A stretch of DNA of 64,000 nt from Lophium mytilinum (taxonomy: Eukaryota): NCBI GenBank assembly GCA_010093605.1, contig MU004190.1:558001-622000 (forward strand), read 5' to 3'. Each line of letters starts with the position of its first letter. Within the stretch, counting starts at the first letter, position 1. Positions 36,751 through 49,508 of the stretch are shown here, piece after piece. The notes beneath the pieces were generated by a model, which saw only the letters and a list, made by a program, of their open reading frames with translations, searched no databases and had not been told where the DNA came from. The position numbers and the translations under genes were made by a program.

Positions 36751-37837
36751 ATGATTTTATCAAAAGCGTTCCCTCGCACCCTTCACGGCGGCCAGTTCGC
36801 CCACCTAACCACATCCCCTTTTCATTCCCAAAAGAAATCCCTCTCATCCCTCCCCCTCAGCATCAAACCCTCTCCCTCAGAAAACTCCACCGGCCTCCTC
36901 TCCTGGCGAAACCTCCAAACCGCAACCCGCGCCCTCCACCGCGACGGCCTCGTCGTCATCGAAGATGTAATCGACCCCAACACCATCGACCACCTGAACA
37001 CCAAATTGGTCTCCGACGCCCGGACCCTCCAATCCGCCGGCGACGCCAGCCCCTACAACTACAACAAGGGCAACATCCAGCAAGACCCGCCCCTAACCCC
37101 CCAATTCTTCTCCCCCTCCGTCTTCCTCAACCCCCTAGCTCGCCAGGTCATCCACTCCATCCTGGGCCCTCGCTCCAGGCTCTCTTTTATATCGGCTAAT
37201 AGTGCTATGCCGCCTACACCGGACTCACCACCCCAGTCGCAGCCTGTCCACTCCGACGCCGACTTCGCCCACCCCGCGTCTCCATTCGCGCTGGTCGTGA
37301 ATATCCCGCTCATCGATATGACAATCGAGAACGGGAGCACGGAAGTCTGGCTCGGCACGCATAGCGTCTCTTCCGTCGCGGCGCAAGAGGGTGCGCATGG
37401 TGAGCGAGCTAGCGGACGGATCGCGTCGAAGCTATTAGAGGAGCGGAGAGAAGAGCGGCCGCCGAGCCAACCTACTGTCAAGAAAGGGAGTATTGTGCTT
37501 CGAGATCTGAGACTGTGGCATGCGGGGAAGCCGAATCTGAGTCAGGATGTGAGGGTAATGCTGGCGTTGATTCATTTCGCGGCGTGGTATAGGTACGTGT
37601 TTTCGTTCTCTTCGTGTGATGACTTGTAATGGGTTGAGGTTGATGGGGGATAGGAATCCGATGCGTGTGGAGTTTGATGAGGAGCTAAGGGAGGTGCTGG
37701 AGAGTGCTGGGGGGGATTTGCAGGTTCAGGGGGTTTTCATGCCGCGGGCGGAGTTGGAGGAGAGATATCTGAAGAGGGGGTTTGGTAATTCGTATGATTT
37801 TGATCAGCAGGATAGGTTAGAGGAGCTTTTTGAGTAA
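36751..37837 (+). CDS. Fe(II)/2-oxoglutarate dioxygenase, phytanoyl-CoA dioxygenase (PhyH) family
   Basis: LHRDGLVVIE, SQPVHSDADF (HxD), ENGSTEVWLGTH, RDLRLWHAGKPN...RVML; intron ~37593-37653. Confidence 0.88.
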
Positions 37838-38247
37838 AGGGGGCTCAGAGTGTGTGCCGTTGAGGAACATTCTTCTCTGCCGAGTCCCGCTGCTCATGCT
37901 CACCATCTGTAAGTTTTCTGAATACTCAATATGGAAAGATGATCAAATCCCATGACAGGGTGGGTCTCGATGTTCAAACCCGTGTAATGAATCAGTCATG
38001 CCGGGCTCGTGAGAGGTTACGATTTAGGGTAGCCAATTCAGGGTACGTGAATGAAAAGAAATGAAAAGGACGATTCAGTATGCGAAGATATCTGAGAACG
38101 AATGGTGGGACGGTACCATGAAAAGGTTGTATTCAGGTACGGTCGAGCAGACTGATTCCGGTAAGAACGAATTGCACTTAGTGGATGAATCAAGATGAAA
38201 AGAGAGTGAAGTGCATGACTGACATTCCCTCACGATACATGTTTGGA

Positions 38248-39194
38248 TTAGATGGCTATAAGATTCCTAGCATCCAGTGTTGCAGACCGTTGCCCGAGAA
38301 GAAAACACACGAACGCGATAATGAAAACAAAGAAAGGTTTCACACCATTCGAGTTGACCGCCACCACTCGCGGCATAGTCGGTGCGGCCGGCCCTACCAT
38401 CTTCGTTATCGGCTTGACCTTCTCTTTCTGCGCAGTCACCAAGCCGCGCTGCATGCCCGGTAGCCCGTCCATGCTGAGCTGGTTCTTGTAGGCCCAGTAG
38501 CTGATATAGTCAGTAAGAACATTACCATTATGCTCGCAAAGGGGGACGAGTGTCTTTCAGATACAGTCTCCCAGCACTCACTTTTCAATCCCATTCTTCT
38601 TATCCCCAGCCTCTTCGGCCGCGACTCGCTTCTCGAAGAAGTCGTTCAGTGTCGGCCGAAATTCTCTGAAGTCGTATTTGGGCATTGAGAAACCGCAGGA
38701 CGTGCCGACTTGGTGAATATCGACTCGGATGATAGATCGAGTGCCCGGAATGGTCTTCACGGAGTGGGTGGCGACGAAGGAGTTAAAGTCGGGGGTGCAG
38801 TATTCTAGGACAGTTCCTGGACACACGTATTAGTTATTGCAACCACGTTCAGAACTTTCCACCTCGCAGACGTTTCTTTGAAGCGAAGATAGAGAGTACA
38901 CGCACCTTTCCCCCAAAGCCTCACAATCTTGGGTGGTCCATCGAATGCATTGAACATTACGGTAATGCGCCCATTTCCCGGCTCGTGAAGATGGCTGGTA
39001 GTTTCAATGCCCGAGCCCGTGAGGTCAATATACCAGAATGTCTTTTCATCTACGATACCGAAGTAACTTCCTCCTTTTGGCGAGACATTGATATGGCCGG
39101 ATGCGGACAGCGGGGCCGAGGCTATCCAGAAGACCTTCTGCTCGAGCAGCCAGACGCGTGTGGTCTCTGGGATAGTCTCAAAAAAGGCACCCAT
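38248..39194 (-). CDS. Pyridoxamine 5'-phosphate oxidase-like FMN-binding protein with C-terminal TM segment
   Basis: FWIASAPLSASGHINVSPKG, DLTGSGIETTSHLHEPGNGRITVMFNAFDGPPKIVRLWGKG, VGTSCGFSMP, YW..KN..SMDGLPGM; two introns. Confidence 0.88.
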
Positions 39195-39808
39195 TATTGA
39201 CAAGATGTGATGTTGAATCTGAAAGAAAGAGAAAGATGGGTAGAGTAGTATGAGATGAGGCTTATGTAAGGATGGATCTAGGGTGCCCCGAAATCGGCGC
39301 TCACATTGATCTTACCACTGGCTGCTTCCGAAGTCGCTGGATCGTCAGTAGTGTTATGAGTGAACTTAGTGGAACTTCTTTTGTGATATATGAATGGGAT
39401 TCGGAGATGCGACAGTTTGGAGTGAGTCGTCGTCGGCCGCGGATCTGTTATGTAATAGTAGCGCGAGGCAGTGTAGTCAGATCTTTCCAGTTTTGTCGAT
39501 CATCACTATTCTGATCAGTCCAATCTGGGTTGAGCAGAAAGCGTATTCGCTGGTTTCTACACGCGCGATGGTGTTCGGAGTAAGTTGGCCAGGCAGTGTG
39601 AGTGATGTTGAGTTCTAGCGCTAGTTTCAAACCGGACTAGCCTAATATTCTACGAGTCTCAAAGCCGACCTCCAGCTCCTAGCTTTCACTTCTCATAACA
39701 CCCTCTACCGACGATACAATATACACTCACAACGAAACAACTCCTTCAGCAATACACAAACGTTCCTCTCCCCACTTCTAACAATACACAAATTTCACCA
39801 GCTTCATC

Positions 39809-41101
39809 ATGGACAAGAGGAAACGGTCTCCCTCACGCTCACCCTCTCGCTCACCTCCGCGACAACGAAAGAGGCCCGGAGCGGCTTCACGTCTCACCCA
39901 AGCGGATCGCGAAGCTGCTAAACAACGGCAAATTGCACGGGAACAGGAACAAGAAAAGGCAGCCTTGGAAGCAAACAAATCTCGAGGCGTACACGATGTC
40001 GTCAAGCAACATTACAACTTGGTCCCCGAGCGAGGCCGCGACTGGCGAAACACGGCCAGCAAGATCACAGGTCTTCGCAGCTACAACAATTGGGTGAAGT
40101 CATGCACCATTCAGAAGTTCATCGGCCCGGAGCGTGGCCTCAATGTGCTGGATATTGGCTGTGGGAAGGGTGGAGATCTGGGGAAATGGTCTTCGTCGAG
40201 GAAGGTGGCCCTCTACGTTGGATGTGATCCGGCCGATGTCTCCATCACACAGGCACAGGAGCGTTACGACAAGATGAAGCGGAAGCCTTTTCGTGCCGAG
40301 TTCTATGCCAAAGACTGCTTTGGGGAGACACTCGCCGATATCGAGATCATCAGGAATGTTGGCTTTGAGACAAATGCTGGACCGGGCGGCAATGCGACGG
40401 CTCAGCGATGGGGTCGGGGAGGCTTCGACATCGTTTCTATGATGTTCTGCATGCACTATGCTTTCGAGAGCGAGGAGAAGGCGAGAGGCATGCTGCGCAA
40501 CGTAGCTGGAGCGCTGAAGAAGGGCGGCCGCTTCCTCGGAACCATTCCCAACTCCGACGTACTGTCAGCAAAGGTCACAGAGCATCATAAGGGTGCGCCG
40601 AACGAAGAACAAGCGAACGGGTCGCCGAATTTCGATTCCGACGATGATTGGGACCCCGAGAAGATCATCGATGCACCAGCGCCGAAGGAGAGCAAAGAGG
40701 AAAAGGAAGAAGGACAGGAAGACGGGGAATTGGAAGACGAGGGCTTCGAGTGGGGCAACAGCATCTATAGGGTCAAGTTTCCCGGCAAGACACCCACAGA
40801 CGGTGTCTTCAGACCCCCATTTGGCTGGAAGTACTTTTATTTCCTGGAGGAGGCAGTTGAGGAGGTGCCAGAGTACGTTGTGCCTTGGGAAGCTTTCCGA
40901 GCACTCGCAGAAGAGTACAATCTCGAATTGCAATACCGTGCCGCTTTCAAGGACGTTTGGGAGCAGGAACGAAATGATCCAGAGCTGGGCCCCCTCAGTG
41001 AGCGGATGAATGTTCGTGATCGGACCGGAAGGATGATGGTGAGGGAAGAGGAACTCGATGCAGCGAGTTTCTATCACACTTTCTGCTTCTACAAAGTCTA
41101 G
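39809..41101 (+). CDS. ABD1: mRNA cap guanine-N7 methyltransferase
   Basis: LRSYNNWVKS, VLDIGCGKGGDLGKW, FDIVSMMFCMHYAFESEEKA, GGRFLGTIPN, VPEYVVPW. Confidence 0.96.
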   Translation: MDKRKRSPSRSPSRSPPRQRKRPGAASRLTQADREAAKQRQIAREQEQEKAALEANKSRGVHDVVKQHYNLVPERGRDWRNTASKITGLRSYNNWVKSCTIQKFIGPERGLNVLDIGCGKGGDLGKWSSSRKVALYVGCDPADVSITQAQERYDKMKRKPFRAEFYAKDCFGETLADIEIIRNVGFETNAGPGGNATAQRWGRGGFDIVSMMFCMHYAFESEEKARGMLRNVAGALKKGGRFLGTIPNSDVLSAKVTEHHKGAPNEEQANGSPNFDSDDDWDPEKIIDAPAPKESKEEKEEGQEDGELEDEGFEWGNSIYRVKFPGKTPTDGVFRPPFGWKYFYFLEEAVEEVPEYVVPWEAFRALAEEYNLELQYRAAFKDVWEQERNDPELGPLSERMNVRDRTGRMMVREEELDAASFYHTFCFYKV

Positions 41102-41747
41102 CGAGCAGATGCCCAAACTTACGGCATCAGTTTTTGGTTTTGCATTTGAAGGAGTCGATAGAAGCCTGGAAAGGCGCGTGAATGAGCATTTAAGATACCC
41201 GGTGTCCCGGCTGCAACCAAACAGTATCAATATAGAACTAGATATGGCGTCTCATGGTTTGCGACTCGCATGTGGACGCTCCTGAACCTTGCAGCCCTAT
41301 TTTGCTTGTGATGCTCCGATTCGGGGACCACTTCGCCGACAATTCCCCAAGACAGATTGTGGGGCTGCTCATATGAACCAGAGTCCAGAATGCTTGATAT
41401 TGTAAATAGAATATAATTTTGTATTGAGGATGTTAGTCGGCTCCTAATTGAAGAGACGAAGAGCGCTCTACGGAACATTATTCCGAAAGTCTAGCTGCAG
41501 CTCGTTTTTTCATTGTTCTCGGTCGTCATCCCGACTCAGCGACAAGCCTCGGTAACGTCACCCGGCTTTCACCAACCTCGCTCGCTGTCACGAGCCTCCG
41601 CGCCCGATACAACTACCACCGCACCATTCCTCTCCACAGCACGAAGTCTACATCGCGACGCAACTCCAGCCCTTTCTTCCACCTCGATCCAACCCCAGGA
41701 CTGACTACACCTCCGAGTTTTGACGCCGATAACCCAACACCCTCATC

Positions 41748-42733
41748 ATGGTCGCCGACGCCCTCATCTACCACCCGACGGTGTCGCATTACCTCAGATA
41801 TGTCGCAACAGTTGGTACGTCCACCTCTCGAACTCCCCAAACATACCCTCCAACCTCTGCAATGCCTCGCCCTCCCCTAACCCCCTCCCCCATTTGCGCC
41901 TCTCCCTCTCCCCCACCCCACTCCCCCCAAACACCCAGCTGACCTCCCCCAGTCGGCCGCGACAAGCTCCTCCGCACCCTCCAATACTTCTCCCGCTTCC
42001 TCGCGTGGTACCTCTACCGCACAAACCACCCGAAATCCTCGATCCAGCCATGGGAAACGCTCAAGAAGCAATTCGGCACCACGCGCAAGCTGATGCGCGT
42101 CGGCAAGTTCGTCGAGCACTTCCGCGCCGCGGCCGTGGCGGCGGATGCGAAGAACATGGATCCCGTGCTGCGGTACTGCGCCGTCGGGCGGCAGCTGGGA
42201 TATGCGGGGTATCTGACGCTGGATAATTTGACGATTGTGAGTTGTTGGCCAGGGTTGCGGATGAGGGGATATGGGTGTGTCTTGAGAAGTAAACGGGATG
42301 GGGGCTAATGGTTGATAGTTGGATGCGACTGCGATCCGGAAGTTCGACGCTGCGAAGAAACTCGGGCGTGAAGCCTACCGGTTTTGGTTCACGGGGCTCT
42401 CGTTCAGTATCGCGTCGGGGCTGTATTCGCTGTACAGCTTGCGTCAGCGTGCGGCGAGGTTGTCGGATAGTAAGGAGGGGGAGGAAGTGGTGGAGAGCAA
42501 GAAGCTTGCAAAGTGCGTATATTTCGAGGTTTTGGGATTGTCTATGAACAGGTGCTGACAGTGGCTATAGGGAGTCTGCTGCTATACGGAAACAGCTCAT
42601 CTCCGACTGCTGCGATATCTGCGCACCTGCGACGGCGCTGGGCTTCGCTAATCTGGACGAGGGGGTGATTGGTCTTGCTGGAACGACGAGCTCGCTGATT
42701 GGCGTGTATTCGGCATGGAAGAAGACGGCGTAG
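41748..42733 (+). CDS. PEX11: Peroxisomal biogenesis factor 11
   Basis: MVADALIYHPTVSHYLRYVAT|VGRDKLLRTLQYFSRFLAWYL...RKLMRVGKFVEH...QLISDCCD...GLAGTTSSLIGVYSAWKKTA*; three introns. Confidence 0.95.
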
Positions 42734-43569
42734 AGAAAGGTGTTGACCGTCAGTATTATTCAAACTTAGTAGGGAATGGAGAGAACAGTCAGTGGACCGC
42801 GGATATGGAGAGCTGGGCTGTTAGGTATATAGGGGATGTTGGGTTACTAGCGAGGTATTTGCTCTAGAGCTAGACGATCGAGGTTTGGTCCTTCGGTTGT
42901 TTAGGATGGTTTGTTTAGTGTATCAGTATGGGGAAGCCGGAATCAGTTCATATAGATTCGAGTTGCGAAATAAGAGGTTTACATTAAGTTTTGAGGTTAT
43001 GCAGCATGTGACGAAGGGTTCCTGAGTGACTGAAGAATCTGGAATGTTGATCTGGAAATGAAGCGTACGTTCTGGACTACTGTCGAAACGTTCCGGCCTT
43101 CTACAATTTGTCGAAGTTCTTCTCGGAGCCAGAAGTGGCGGTCAAAAGGATCCAAATATGGATCCAATATCACACCTCTATCAAAACGGTTCAACTTAAA
43201 TTCTAAATTTCGCGCCTATTGACTTGAATATTGCGAACATCTAGAATCATCATAGTGCCTCTATACTTGTAAATCTCTTCCAAGTTACTTGGGTCGATAT
43301 ATAGATGTCACGTGATGCCAAGCCCCGGCCTCTTTCTCGCCTGTGGCCAGGTTCACCCTTCATCCTTCTTCTCTCCATCCTCCGCTCTCGTACACAAGTG
43401 CCCCATCCTCAGTCATCAAACCGCTGGCTATTCCATGCTGTGCTGCGAGGCTCAGCTAGTCCTCAACCCCCTTGATACCTCAAGACTGCAGCTGAAGATG
43501 TGTCTCTAATGAATCTCCAATAATCATGCCTGAAGAAGGCTTGAAACATCTACAACGGTCTCGTCCCTG

Positions 43570-44410
43570 TATTTGGGTACGTCAGAATATGTGCGGTTCC
43601 TAGACTTCTACGGCACAGCAACGGAGGAGGAGTAGGTAGAGCTGGGTCAAGACCAATTATGACCAGATCACCACGTTTCCTGTCAGAGTGCTCTCTTTCG
43701 CTACAAAGCGTTCTGAAATCATGCCTAGCATAACTCGACCAAGCGCACAATGTATTTCTTAGTAGCATCACGCGAATGAACTGCTTATACATGTCATTAG
43801 ACGCTCCGTGCAAAATGGTGTCTATAGACATCGAGAATTGTGTAGGCCCAGAGCTCTTGGTGAAAGATGAGTTAGGGGAATTTCTTGCGGAGATCAGATC
43901 CCTACATCTGTGCCTGGACCATGATGACAAGAGGGCCGAGTCTCCAAAGATGTATGTTCACGTTTGAGGTTCCGTCTTACATCTGCTGATCATTCACAGT
44001 GCAAACCAGCCCAATCCTCTCAATTACCAATTCCTGTATGGCATGATCCAATTCGAGGACATTGTGTTATACAGTAAGGCCTCTGCGCGAGGGATGAGTT
44101 TCTCCTTTGATTTCTCCTTTATAGGGCAATAAATCCCTACAAGGAACGTTTCCAACGGACATGGATGCCACCTTTCCCGTCCTCCAATGTAGGCAAGTTG
44201 AAGACATTGATATACGCATCTACGTTGATTCTTGGAGTACGGGATACGAAGATAAACTTTAAGCCCCTCGAATGTTCGTGGGTGATGCCGGTTTCTCGTT
44301 GTCGAGGCCTTCGTCAATCCCGTCGTGTGTTGGAAGACATGAAAGACTGGCGTGGTGCGCTAGGGATACTGCACAGAGACTACGATCTTTTCATGCATAA
44401 CTCGCCGTAG
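43570..44410 (+). pseudogene. Possible decayed gene relic (LRR-like fragments)
   Basis: Short protein-like pieces separated by stops (EYVRFLDF, FLAEIRSLHLCLD, GKLKTLIY); no intact model. Confidence 0.25.
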
Positions 44411-44897
44411 GCTGGTGGTCTCGATGCGGGCTGTCAAAATGTAGGTATAAGATGTCCTCCATCTTTAGGTGGAGGACGCGGCTTCGGGCGAGGGCCAGCG
44501 AGATGGAAGCCTGTCACGTGGATGACTTGAATGTTATCGTTTCAATCCGTCACTTCATCTATCTATACCTAGGCTGCATGTTAAGGATTCTCAAGCAGAA
44601 AGGCGTGGTCGGCTTTATGTAGGCGTTGTGCGGTTATGCGAGCTCGCACCTGCCTGGTCGACTAGGTGACGACGCATCAACCTCCTCACTTCTTCCCTTC
44701 CGTCGCCCTCTCGTCACTTCCACCACCTTCCCAACTCCCTTCCTCTACATTCATCTCGCGCATCGCTCCCGCCTTGATCCTTCACCGCGCGCCCCTCTCT
44801 CCATTGTGCCTTCACCTCCAACGGCGTCATGGTCAATCACCCTCCCGGGCTAGCCTACGCCCGTGCTCACGGCCTCCCCCTTCCACCAGTTCCCGGC

Positions 44898-45824
44898 ATG
44901 TCGAAGTACGAGCTCATTCACGGCGAGCCTGACCCTCGCCCTGCTCGCAACCTCACTTCCTATATCTCGCGCACGCCGCCTAGCCCAGGCTTTGAACTTA
45001 AGATTGCTCAGAAGCAGAAGAAAGATGGTAGCGACGACGACGAGCTCCCGTGAGTATCGATCCTGCCTAATGAATGGAGAGAGGTGGCTAACGCGTATCG
45101 CAGTGACTGGCGCAATATCCTAGGCGCTGTTCGAGGCAGTGAGTGCGACGGGGAACAGAATAGTGACGACTCGCTTCGCAACTTGTTCCATAGCGATGGG
45201 AGCGATAGCAAGGTTTCCAGCTCTCCGCCCAGACTGGATGCGCCGCGGGACGACTGTGTGTCGGACAGCTTTGACGGCCCTTACTATGAGTCCGTTGGAG
45301 AGCAGATGGCGGTCAAACATGACAGCGAGGATCCGACTTCCGAGCTCAAAGGACTGGAGGCGTATGTCGCCAGTAGCGAGAACAAGACTACCGAGTATGA
45401 TGAGGATCAATTGCACGCTGCCGGTAAGCACACTGTCCAGGGCTGATACGACGACTGGATGGTTTAACTAGACGAACACGCAATAGAAATCCAGCAGCTT
45501 AAAGAGAAGGTTAAGATGTTGGAGAAGGAGAACGAGCAACTAAAAGCAAAGAACGAGTTTCTCGGAAAACAGTACCAGCGTCTTTGCGAGAACAACACCA
45601 TGTACCAATTCAGCGCCAACCCGTCTGGGAAGCGAGAAGACGTCAAACTCCGCCACTCGTCGCTTCGAGAGTATCGCCAGGACAGCCTTGTCAAGTCTCC
45701 CATGCATGACGCCCTACCAGAACGCCCGGCTTCCGCTGATCGGAAGCGCAAACCTAAGTCGCCTGTCACGGTCGAAGTCGAGACGCCTGCCAAACGCACC
45801 CCGAAGAAATTACGCAAGCTATGA
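44898..45824 (+). CDS. Hypothetical protein with C-terminal coiled coil and basic tail
   Basis: Three exons joined by introns ~45050-45103 (gtgagt...gctaac...cag) and ~45423-45471 (gtaagc...ttaactag). IQQLKEKVKMLEKENEQLKAKNEFL; RKRK and KRTPKKLRKL. Confidence 0.6.
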
Positions 45825-45869
45825 GAACACAGCGGTCGGGTGTAGTTGGCTACACATGGTCTTTGTCAT

Positions 45870-46219
45870 GGATACTGGCGTTTGTCAGAATATGGCAGTG
45901 GGTTTTGTATACTGGCGTTCGAGCGGTATATGGGTATGGTCACGAGCATCTGTGTGCTAGCGTTCGAGAAGGATGTCAGAGTCGGAACCATAGGGTTTTC
46001 TCTTTGGTAAGTGTCTTCTTTCTGCCTCTCTACGATCTGTTCGGATACTGGCGTTTGTCAGATGGTGGCGGCTTTTGTATACTGGCGTTCGAGCGGCATA
46101 TGGGTGTGTTCATGAGTATCTGCGTACTAACGTTCGAGGAGGATGTAAGGGTTGGAACCATGGGGGTTTCTCTTTGGTAACTGTCTTGTTTTTGCTTCTC
46201 CACGATATGTTCGGATACT
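45870..46219. repeat. Diverged tandem duplication, two units of 173 and 170 bp
   Basis: ggatactggcgtttgtcaga... begins at 45870 and 46043; a third ggatact starts at 46213. Confidence 0.9.
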
Positions 46220-46715
46220 CCATGGACCCAGAGAGGGGATGTAAGGTTCTTCACCAGGCAGGTTGAGTTGTTGTATTCGACATCTGTTGGGTGCCTCAAC
46301 ACTTCTTGCCAATACTCAGGTTCATACAATGGAGGTTTCATCACCCCAAACATCAAAGTTCCTTCCAATGGTCATTAGACGCACCGTCCATGTCTCCATA
46401 CCACCCTAATAGCACCTTCGAACATCCGTGGGTACATCACGTTCAGCACAGTAAGGTCCAGCAGTCATTCAATGCTTTTCCTTCAGCCCTCCCTTCACCA
46501 ATTGCCCTATCACGCATAATCTGACTAAACCACCACGTTCGCAAATCCGAGTTGCATCTCCAATCAAAAATAAAACACCCGCCCCAAATCAAATCATAGA
46601 TCCCGCTTGAAATGTAATGATATATCCCTCACCCCCTCAAAATCCACTTTTCCTAACTCGGCTCCACCCTAACCAAACTCTCACCAACCAATCCCCGTAC
46701 AGGTACAGTTCAAGA

Positions 46716-48301
46716 TCAGTCCGAGTCCGAATCCAGTTCCAAAGGATCATCAAGCGAACTCCCACACGTGCCACCTTTCCGCGGCCTTTATTTCGTTAAC
46801 TGCGGGCACAAGAGAACAGATGTAGGTATTGTACTTACACGAATGCAGCAGGGGAGGGAGAACGGCCCTGCCGAGCCATTTCCAATCGTAGCTGCGCAGC
46901 GCGGGAGGCGGCGGCGGCGGCTTCGTATTCGAGGCGGAGGAGGGAGGGGTTGGTGCGAGGTAGCTGAGAGCCGTGGGGAAGGGGAGGGAGTTGGGTGTCC
47001 GGGTCGGGTTTGATTCCTAGGCGGAATGGAGGGAGGAGGGGTTGGAGACGGGGGTAAGAGGGCGCTTGGGGGCCAGGGAGGGGCTCTTGCTTGATGAATT
47101 GGGAGAGAGGGGGGAGGGAAGGGAGGCCGTTGGGGGGTTGGGCGAGGGGCGCTTTGGGCCTGAAGATGGGACGGCGGGGGGCTGGATGGATTGGATGGAT
47201 CATTGGGCGGGGAACGTGGAATGGTTGCGGTCGTGGTGGGTTTGGTTTAGTCTGTGTGAAGGCGCTTGGAGTTGGCGGGTGTGAGAAGTTTAAGAGATCT
47301 GTGTGAGCAGGATGGGCGCTTCGTGGGAGCGGGTCGTACGCAGGAGGTGGAGTTTCCGGGGTGGTGATTGCCGACTGCATCTGCGATGAAGCTCGCATGC
47401 TGCGCGTCACACGTTGGTTGAGCATTGGCGCTGGTGGTAGTGAGCTCGCGGGTAATTGAGAAGTTGTCATCGCTCTTGGGGCGACAGTGAAGAAGTCTGA
47501 GATCTTACGGTAGCGGCTTTCTTGATCGGGAGAGAGTGAAAGAGGAGCTCCATGAGTATCTTCAAGACGAAGCCTCTTGGAAAGCGGTTTGGCTGGAGCG
47601 TCCCAATCCTCTTCTGATTCTGATTCTGATTCTGTTTTTGAGCTTTCTTCGGAAGTGTCGGGGGAGTCTTCGTTGTCCGTCAATACATCTTTCTCGTCCG
47701 TCCGATCTGGCTTCGTGCCCGGCTTTGGCAGAGGGCGTCTCTGGTAGTCGCTATATAAGCCTCGAGGGCGGCCGTCAGTCTGAGCTTGACTAGGATTGAG
47801 TAGGATAAGGTCGGTATCCGTCTCCTTTTCAGCTCCAGCTGTCTCCATCCCAAACTCTTGTACCAAAGTACGATCCTCATCCTTCTCATCAACCCGGCCT
47901 TCCTCCTCCGCCTTCATTTCCGCCTCCTTACAAAACCTTCTGTGCACCTCAATAACATCCCAATCCCTCAACCACGGAGTATCCCCCCCGATCCCCTCTT
48001 CCCGCCTTTTCCTAAACGCCGCAACCAACTCCTGCCGCACCTCCTCAAACCTCTCCTTTGTGTGATCCGATAAGTCGAACAACTCTTTCAAGAACTGGAT
48101 GCCCCAGTTCTGCGGGTTGTTCTCGGGCTCATCGGTGGCTTTGCCATTGTCATCGTGGATGCGGTAGCGGATCCCGGCGGGGATGCAGTCTAGAATTGAG
48201 GGCTGGCCCCAGTTCGCGGCGATTTGGGGAATGAGGCCGTCGACGTGGATTTGGCTCATGCGGGTGAGGGAGCTGTATTTGCGCTTTTGACCGCGGGCCA
48301 T
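46716..48301 (-). CDS. Unknown-family protein, paralog A (shared N-terminal domain, disordered linker, coiled coil)
   Basis: 488-aa ORF 46835-48301. A probable terminal intron 46786-46838 adds VPRKGGTCGSSLDDPLELDSDSD*. N-terminus aligns by eye with 49509-50657 and 60188-61570. Confidence 0.75.
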
Positions 48302-49508
48302 GATGGGCGGTGGTGTCGGTGAGGGCTGTGTTGGTGGCGATGGCGAGGGAATGGAAGAGAGGTAGGGCTTGGGGGTGGGAGAGTTAGGGTGAGGTGTGCG
48401 ATAGAGCTAGTTGGATGGTTAGGTGGATGTTGCTGAGAGCGGACGGCTGAAGATAGCTTGTGAAGGCTGCAAAGCAATGGGAGGGGTATTGGATATGGGC
48501 GATGATTGAGATCGTTCGTGATGATGGCAAGCGAAAGGTTATTCAGCAGCGGCTGCTCTGGAGAGTGAGCAGGTTACGGTCTGCGCAGTGAAGAGATTTG
48601 GTCACATCTACGATGGTCAATATGCAATGTTGCCGAGTTGAAGTGGCTAGCCTCGAGCGGTGACGAGACATGTGTGCGAAGGAAAGGAGATTATGTGACA
48701 TTATGTCTAGTTATGCGACATCATGTCGGCAGACTTACCCGGGCAGCGGAAAGGCTTAAGGCACCTGGATTGACGTGAAGAGCAGGCGTAGAAGGCAACC
48801 CAATCACTGCAATCCTTACTGTAAGTTCTACTGTAAATTTTACTGTGAACATAACAGCACCGTGACTGTACTGTTATCGTTCATGACAGTCCAGGACCGT
48901 CCCAGACTGTCGTATAGTGTTGTGGGGTGTCAGCGCATTGATTTAAGTGAATACTCTTGTGTCGCTCACGAAACTTAAGAAGATGTCAATCTGAGGGTGT
49001 CTGATTCTGGATGCTGAGGTATGTATGAGCTATCAGATGGAAAGAGAAAATCAAAGACGAGTGAGAACCACCAAACATCACTTTTCCGATACTGCATATC
49101 CGCCGCTCGCAAAACCTTGAAGTGGTAATGACTGAAGTGGAATGTTCGGCCTGCCACCACCGAGTGGCCAAATGTGGAAAGATCCTTCCTGAAGAACGCC
49201 ATAAGAAAGCCGATCGGGGATGTTAAGTTGAATAACCAGAAATTCATACTTTTGTATGGAAGCATAAGCCGGTGAATAGGGTTAGAATACTAGCATGCTA
49301 TATCCCCACCTGTTGCCATTTGCAGTACTTAAATTCTCCCAGGTCCTATGGCGTATTACCATAAAACGGTATCTTAACTGCTTCTGCAGTTACTTTTAGC
49401 CTCCTTGAAGGCTGTCCTAAACGCCTTTTACTAGACCATGGCTACACTAGCCTTAAGTTAAAGATTCCCTATTGGCGAACTATTGTCCCTTAGGGAAGAC
49501 CGTTAATC

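Noticed and set aside
6690..44525. Scattered TCACGTG E-box motifs in intergenic regions
   Set aside because: Short, common motif; enrichment cannot be shown without a background model.
48775..48860. tactgt-based 12-bp repeats and other short repeats as a CRISPR-like array
   Set aside because: Eukaryotic context, only three degenerate units, no spacers.
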